Below, in pieces: positions 25,515 through 26,048 of a DNA stretch of 26,048 nucleotides. The notes beneath the pieces are model-generated. The model made no database searches. It was given only the letters and a program-made list of their open reading frames with translations, and had not been told where the DNA came from. A program made the translations under genes and the position numbers. The stretch spans positions 1 through 26,048 of the forward strand of contig DAOVYR010000001.1 of NCBI GenBank assembly GCA_030635525.1, in the 5' to 3' direction. Positions within the stretch are counted from its first letter, which is position 1. Every line of letters starts with the position of its first letter. This stretch comes from Candidatus Nanohalarchaeota archaeon. Its GTDB lineage: Archaea; EX4484-52; B79-G9.

Positions 25515-26000
25515 ATGGCAAAAAAAACAACAACAAAACGTAGAACAGGCGCAAAAGCAACCAAACCGCGCACAATAAAACCCGCTGCAATATCAACAAC
25601 AGAAAAAGACAACGCACCGGTAATTCGAAGAGAGATCTTCAACATGGAAACACTAAACATACTCTTAAGCTCAATAATACTCGTAGTATTACTATACTCT
25701 CTCTCTTTGGGAGGCACAACCACCGCACAACCCTCTGCATCCGCACCGCAATTCATCTCAGACGAAGCATCCTGCAAAACCTTCTGCGAATACAACCCGC
25801 AATACGGTGAAGGCGAATTCGGAGGCATAAGCGAAAACGGCCACTGTCTCTGCAAGATAGCACTCGACGAAATGCCGAACTACGCCAAGAACAAAACAAT
25901 GTCCGCAACCCTGTTGATAGATCAGGGAATAATCATAGAAAGCGCAACAATAACCGACGGAGTCGAACAGCAGCAGCAACCCTTCCAGATGATGCAATAG
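25515..26000 (+). CDS. Single-pass membrane protein with a Lys/Thr-rich N-terminal tail and small Cys-containing outer domain (161 aa)
   Basis: RBS AGGTGAT (25504-25510) 4 nt before ATG. MAKKTTTKRR..., TM ILLSSIILVVLLYSLSL, CKTFC...HCLC, poly-Q end. Divergent from the pilin locus. Confidence 0.8.
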   Translation: MAKKTTTKRRTGAKATKPRTIKPAAISTTEKDNAPVIRREIFNMETLNILLSSIILVVLLYSLSLGGTTTAQPSASAPQFISDEASCKTFCEYNPQYGEGEFGGISENGHCLCKIALDEMPNYAKNKTMSATLLIDQGIIIESATITDGVEQQQQPFQMMQ

Positions 26001-26048
26001 CTCAGAGGAACATATTCCTTGTATGTATCGTCTCTGCCCGACCTCTCC

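Noticed and set aside
1-26048. Genome-wide TAG reassignment (alternative genetic code)
   Set aside because: Only one internal TAG was found, while five genes end plausibly at TAG. This is not supported from this window, although it is not formally excluded (see the amber finding).
1-26048. Provirus or integrative element
   Set aside because: No integrase, capsid, terminase, packaging ATPase or att-like repeats were recognised, and the housekeeping gene ribL is embedded in the locus.

Overview
Archaeal DNA: AGGTGAT-type ribosome-binding sites, TATA-like promoters, oligo-T terminators and an archaeal FAD synthetase (RibL). The gene content resembles a DPANN-type lineage, which is inference only. 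Almost the whole window is one minus-strand cell-surface locus. It holds 15 genes with a type IV prepilin-like (class III) N-terminus: a short basic leader, [KR]-[GA], then a hydrophobic helix. By eye these fall into six paralogous families, labelled A-F here. A four-family cassette in the order D-B-A-C occurs twice (2117-5221 and 16336-23135). The first copy is minimal and its C gene is split by an in-frame TAG. The second copy carries extra domains: a vWA/MIDAS insert in A, and a tandemly duplicated D gene whose longer copy ends in a transglutaminase-like Cys-His-Asp domain. Between the cassettes lie a gingipain-like (C25) peptidase, an ATPase-less exported Lon-type (S16) protease, Ig-like and Cys-rich surface proteins, ribL, and a pair of GCTTGC-capped hairpins. 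I see no pilus ATPase, TadC/FlaJ platform protein, prepilin peptidase, rRNA, tRNA, CRISPR array or transposase. All family calls come from motif recognition without database searches. Several start codons were moved from the ORF track to fit RBS or signal-peptide logic.
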